From Alphaproteobacteria bacterium (lineage in GTDB: Bacteria; Pseudomonadota; Alphaproteobacteria; MPNO01; UBA830): DNA of 64,000 nucleotides. The stretch's first letter is position 1. Each line of letters starts with the position of its first letter. Location of the stretch: assembly GCA_965243135.1 (NCBI GenBank), contig OZ251539.1, positions 3,168,001 through 3,232,000 of the forward strand, given 5' to 3'. Below the pieces are notes generated by a model. The model searched no databases, was not told the origin of the DNA, and saw nothing but the letters and a program-made list of their open reading frames with translations. This document shows, one piece after another, positions 59,904-64,000 of this stretch. The translations under genes were made by a program, and so were the position numbers.

Positions 59904-61850
59904 CTACGTTTTCCGGGCAATGACTTTCGTAAGTACCTGCGGAAGAATGGCGACTCCGAAGAGACCGAGCCCTGCCAACGGATAGTACAACCCGGGACCG
60001 ATCAGAAGCAGGCCGCCGACGAAGGCAAGCAGGCGCTGAAGCGAACCGAGCGCCGAAACGGCGTAGCCCCGGATGGCGGTCGCGAGCGCGGTCGCGCCGA
60101 GCACGGCGGTGACAAGGGCGAGCAATACTGCGGTTGCACTGCCCCGCATCAGCAATCCTTCGTTGAGAACGAACGCGAACGGGATCAGAAACGCGGCGAT
60201 GCCCAGTCTCACCGCCTCCCAACCGGTGAGCCAGACGCGGCTTCCCGCGATGCCGGAAGTGACGAAGACGGCGATGCAGGTCGGCGGCGTGAAAAACGAC
60301 GCGAGACCCCAATAGATCACGTATAGATGCGCCGCGATATCGGGGACCCCGAGCCGCACGAGCGCAGGCGCCATCAGCGTCGCGAGCGTGATGTACGCGG
60401 GCGTCGCGTCGAGTCCCATTCCCACGATCAGGCTCACGATCCCGACGAAAAGCAGGGTGAGGATGAGGTCGCCGCCGGCCAGGTCGACGATGAAGCGCGA
60501 AAACTTGATGCCGACGCCGGACAGTTCGAGCGCTCCGATCATGATGCCGACGGCCGCGGTGATCGCGGCGATCGTTATCCAGCGGACGACGGCGTCCTCG
60601 AAGGCGGCGACGATGCGTCGCGGAGTCAGCCAGTGCGCGCGGTCCCCGGAAAGGAAACTGACCGCGACGACGAACGCGCAGCTGTAGATCGCGGCCATTC
60701 CGGGCGGCAGCGACTTGAAGACCAGAAAGTAGACCAGCGCGGCGATCGGAATGAAATAGTACCAGCCCCGCCGAAGCGTCGGCGCAAGCGGGGGAAGTTC
60801 GCCGCGCGGCAACGCCGCGATGCCCTGTTTGCGCGCCTGCAGATGCACGGACACGAACACGATCAGAAAATAAAGGCCCGCCGGCGCCGCGGCGGCGATC
60901 ACGATCTCCGTGTAGGTCGTCTCGATCCATTCGGCCATGATGAACGCGATCGCGCCCATGACGGGCGGCAGGATGATTCCGCCGGTGGACGCGACCGCCT
61001 CGACCGCCGCGGCGAAGGCTGGCGTGTAGCCGATGTTCTTCATGAGCGGGATGGTGAACACGCCCGTGGTCGCCGAGTTGCCCGACGGCGAACCGGAAAT
61101 CGATCCGAACATGGCGCTCGCGACGACGGCCGCCTTGGCCGGCCCTCCGCGCGACCAGCCCGTCAACCCGAGCGCAATGTCCATGAACCATCTGCTGGCG
61201 CCCGCGCCTTCCATCAGCGCCCCGAAAATGAGGAAGACGATCACGATGTTCGCCGCGATGCCGAGCGGCAGCCCGAAAATGCCGGCCTCGCTCACGTAGG
61301 CCGAATAGAGCATGCGGTCGAGCGGATAACCCCGGCCGTACAGGAGGCCCGGCAGATACTGCTGAAAAATCGTGACCAGAACGAAAAAGAGAATGATGGC
61401 CGGCAGAACCCAGCCGGTCGTTCGCCGCACGGCCTCCAGAACCGGAACGGCGAGCATTGCGCCGAGAATTATCCCCTTGGCGTCGAGAAACCCGTACTCG
61501 CCATAGTCGAGAATGGCCTCGTGATCGACGATCACGAAGCCGGCGCCGACCAGCCCCGAAGCCAGCAGCAGCAAATCGTACCAGGGCGCCCGTCGAAAGC
61601 GTGAGTCGGCCCTGGTGTCCTCGCCATGCTTCTTGCCGGCCGCAGGCAGCAAAATGAAAATCAGCGCCATCGCGCACGAGATGCTGACCGCCTTGTGCAC
61701 CTGGGTCGGCAGAAAGATGCCGAGCCATGTCGGCCCCTGCGCCACGACCACCAGATGGTAGACGGCGACCAGCGACGCGAACCATGCGAGCGCGCCGACG
61801 CCGCGCTTTGCCGGTTCTCCTTGCCGCGGCCCTTCCTGCCGCGCTCGCAT
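59904..61850 (-). CDS. TRAP transporter fused 4TM/12TM permease (TAXI type)
   Basis: EAVRRTTG, GIFGLPL, GGPAKAAVVASAMFGSISGS, EAVASTGG..LPPVMGA, GMGL...AYI, TPP. Confidence 0.95.
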   Translation of the reverse strand: MRARQEGPRQGEPAKRGVGALAWFASLVAVYHLVVVAQGPTWLGIFLPTQVHKAVSISCAMALIFILLPAAGKKHGEDTRADSRFRRAPWYDLLLLASGLVGAGFVIVDHEAILDYGEYGFLDAKGIILGAMLAVPVLEAVRRTTGWVLPAIILFFVLVTIFQQYLPGLLYGRGYPLDRMLYSAYVSEAGIFGLPLGIAANIVIVFLIFGALMEGAGASRWFMDIALGLTGWSRGGPAKAAVVASAMFGSISGSPSGNSATTGVFTIPLMKNIGYTPAFAAAVEAVASTGGIILPPVMGAIAFIMAEWIETTYTEIVIAAAAPAGLYFLIVFVSVHLQARKQGIAALPRGELPPLAPTLRRGWYYFIPIAALVYFLVFKSLPPGMAAIYSCAFVVAVSFLSGDRAHWLTPRRIVAAFEDAVVRWITIAAITAAVGIMIGALELSGVGIKFSRFIVDLAGGDLILTLLFVGIVSLIVGMGLDATPAYITLATLMAPALVRLGVPDIAAHLYVIYWGLASFFTPPTCIAVFVTSGIAGSRVWLTGWEAVRLGIAAFLIPFAFVLNEGLLMRGSATAVLLALVTAVLGATALATAIRGYAVSALGSLQRLLAFVGGLLLIGPGLYYPLAGLGLFGVAILPQVLTKVIARKT

Positions 61851-61854
61851 CGCC

Positions 61855-62841
61855 CTACTTGCGCGCGAGAAGTCTCTCCTGGTTGGCTTCGTGCGCTTCC
61901 GTCCAGAGACCCGCTTCCTTGAAATACCGGATGACGCCGTCGTGGAACGGCAGCGGCACGTTGTTCAGCGCCCGCTTGAGGCTCCACTGCAGCGCCGCCT
62001 TGTGGTAGGAGCCGAACTCCTCGGTGTTCTCGAAGATCGCCTTCGCGACCTTGTAGATGACCTCGTCCGAAACGTCGGGCCGCGCCAGGAAGTAGGTGTT
62101 GAGGCCGACCAGGTGCACGTCCTTCGACTGCCCCTTGAAATTGCCCTTGGGCACGGTGGCCGGCCACATCATCGGCGGCAGATGCGCGAGCATCGCGTCC
62201 CGCCGTTCCTTCGACAGATACAGAAAGTCGATCACGCCGTCCTGCATCGGTTTCGCCACGGCGGCGGCGCGCCGCGCGAAAGGCATGACGGCGGCGTCGA
62301 TGCTTCCGGCGCGGAACGCCTTGTAGGCTTGGGGCGAATTGGTCGTGGCGACGGCCTTGACTCCGGTCACGCCCGAAACCTTCCGCATCGCGTCCCAGAC
62401 CAGCTCGATCTCCGGAAGCGCCCGCCGCTTCGCGATGATCGTCCGTCCTTCGAGATCGGACAGCTTCTCGACGCCGCTCCCCTTGCGAACGAGCATCCAG
62501 CGATAACTCGACTGTCCCTGCAAGACCAGACGGACATCGACGGGCTTCTTGAAATTGTGGGTGCCGTTGTAGCCGCTGAAGGCCGCGAAGGAATTGGCGA
62601 GAGCGAATTCGATGCGCTTCGCGGCGAGGCCTCGCACGTTGGCCGAAGAGCCTCCTACCGGTTCCACGGTGGCGTTTATTTTCGCGTGCTTGGTGATGAT
62701 TTCCGACGCGCCGATGGCGACCGTGTAAAAAACGCTGCCGACGCTGGACGTGCCGATGCGAACGGCGTCCTGAGCATGCAGCGGCGAGACGGACAGCAAC
62801 GCGCCGAGCGCGACGAACGCCCCGCTGGCAACGACCTTCAT
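61855..62841 (-). CDS. TAXI-family TRAP substrate-binding protein
   Basis: Signal peptide, IGTSSVGSVFY, GGSSAN, PFHDGVIRYFKEAG; ATG 62841 follows GGGAGG. Confidence 0.92.
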   Translation of the reverse strand: MKVVASGAFVALGALLSVSPLHAQDAVRIGTSSVGSVFYTVAIGASEIITKHAKINATVEPVGGSSANVRGLAAKRIEFALANSFAAFSGYNGTHNFKKPVDVRLVLQGQSSYRWMLVRKGSGVEKLSDLEGRTIIAKRRALPEIELVWDAMRKVSGVTGVKAVATTNSPQAYKAFRAGSIDAAVMPFARRAAAVAKPMQDGVIDFLYLSKERRDAMLAHLPPMMWPATVPKGNFKGQSKDVHLVGLNTYFLARPDVSDEVIYKVAKAIFENTEEFGSYHKAALQWSLKRALNNVPLPFHDGVIRYFKEAGLWTEAHEANQERLLARK

Positions 62842-63497
62842 GACGATTCCTCCCTGCTTTTGCGCAAAGCTTACCAGAACCCGGATGCGCATCAAGCGCC
62901 GCGAACCCGGCGCCTGCCGGCCGCCGCGGGCAGCGCCGCCTCCCCCGCGTTTCGTTCCCGCGCCGAACGCGCGGACGCGCCCGGCCGGGGTGAGACTCCG
63001 GTTGCGCGCTCGGCAAACCGGTTTCGCGGGCGTCGCCGGGCGGTTTTTCGGGAACGGCAGCTTCGAGACGGGAATCGCGGACGGCGGGGCGAAGGGAGGC
63101 GTCCGCCCGTCTTTCCGGAAGACGGCGGCCGGAGGTTTCCGGCGCTTCGCCGTCCGACCCGGAGCGTCTTGCGGCAAGCGCGGCGGCGAAACGCCGCACG
63201 CCGAGTTCGGCGCGTCCCCTCGACAGGCCGTGCAACGGATTCCCCGGCGCCGATCGCTTTTCGCGATTCCGGCGCTCGCGATGGTCGAACGCGGCCTGAC
63301 GCTGCGGCCATCGGCCCGCGGCGTCGTCCGGCCGCGGCAACGCCTTCTGCCGGCGTCTCTTCGCCCCGGGCGGACATGCGTTGCGCCCGTCGCCGGCGTT
63401 GCGCCCACGTTGCCCGACGAGGCGCGGCGGACTCAGCCGCTCGTCCCGCCGGGCGAGGGGCGTTCTTCCGCGAACCGGGCGCGCGCGGCCCGGCGCC

Positions 63498-64000
63498 TCA
63501 GCTGTCGAGAAAGCTGCGCAGCATGCGCGAACGGCTCTTGTGCTTGAGCTTGCGCAGCGCCTTGGCCTCGATCTGCCGGATGCGCTCGCGCGTCACCGAA
63601 AACTGCTGGCCGACCTCCTCCAGCGTGTGGTCGGTGTTCATGCCGATCCCGAAGCGCATGCGGAGGACGCGCTCCTCGCGCGGCGTAAGGGACGCCAGCA
63701 CCCTCGTCGTGGTTTCCCGCAGATTGCCCTGGATGGCCGCGTCCAGCGGCTGAACGGCGTTCTTGTCCTCGATGAAATCGCCGAGATGGCTGTCCTCCTC
63801 GTCGCCGACCGGCGTCTCCAGGCTGATCGGCTCCTTCGCGATCTTGAGCACCCTCCGAACCTTTTCCAGCGGCATCCCGAGCCGCGACGCCAGTTCCTCC
63901 GGGGTCGGCTCGCGGCCGATCTCGTGCAGGATCTGGCGCGACGTGCGCACGAGCTTGTTGATGGTCTCGATCATGTGCACGGGAATGCGGATCGTGCGCG
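63498..64000 (-). CDS. rpoD: RNA polymerase primary sigma factor, 3' part; runs off the window edge
   Basis: [68 protein letters not shown]. Confidence 0.98.
   Translation of the reverse strand, partial: RTIRIPVHMIETINKLVRTSRQILHEIGREPTPEELASRLGMPLEKVRRVLKIAKEPISLETPVGDEEDSHLGDFIEDKNAVQPLDAAIQGNLRETTTRVLASLTPREERVLRMRFGIGMNTDHTLEEVGQQFSVTRERIRQIEAKALRKLKHKSRSRMLRSFLDS

Noticed and set aside
62842-63497. N-terminal extension of the TAXI ORF to 63408 and overlapping ORFs
   Set aside because: Very GC-rich intergenic sequence; the real start is ATG 62841 with an RBS and signal peptide.

Overview
High-GC bacterial DNA, probably alphaproteobacterial (judged from the RpoD C-terminus and gene content). 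It has a transport/catabolic backbone: DUF1302/DUF1329 outer-membrane pair, Na+/solute symporter, hydantoinase/oxoprolinase genes, two UbiD decarboxylases, a Rieske oxygenase, a TAXI-TRAP transporter, tRNA-Ile2(CAU) and the 3' end of rpoD. Three accessory blocks interrupt it. (1) About 9.7-21.5 kb: a 1749-aa protein with four GT-A glycosyltransferase-like domains, a kinase-like domain and a SAM-methyltransferase domain, followed by a translationally coupled Upf1/DNA2-type helicase, a wHTH-like unknown protein and a double-HKD PLD nuclease. This is the best candidate for an undescribed defence or modification system. (2) About 31.7-34.2 kb: decayed toxin-antitoxin modules (hipBA-like, hicAB) next to the tRNA. 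(3) About 36.3-59.9 kb: a defence island. It holds a C5-MTase, two GHKL(MORC-like)-histidine-kinase/response-regulator pairs, a dcm-vsr-EcoRII-uvrD-drmA-drmB operon (DISARM-like hybrid) and a decayed IS1-family element. The IS1 element carries an MTase-HNH fusion with an in-frame (GCCAGCCC)7 repeat that could make it phase-variable. All family assignments come from recognising motifs by eye; no database searches were run.
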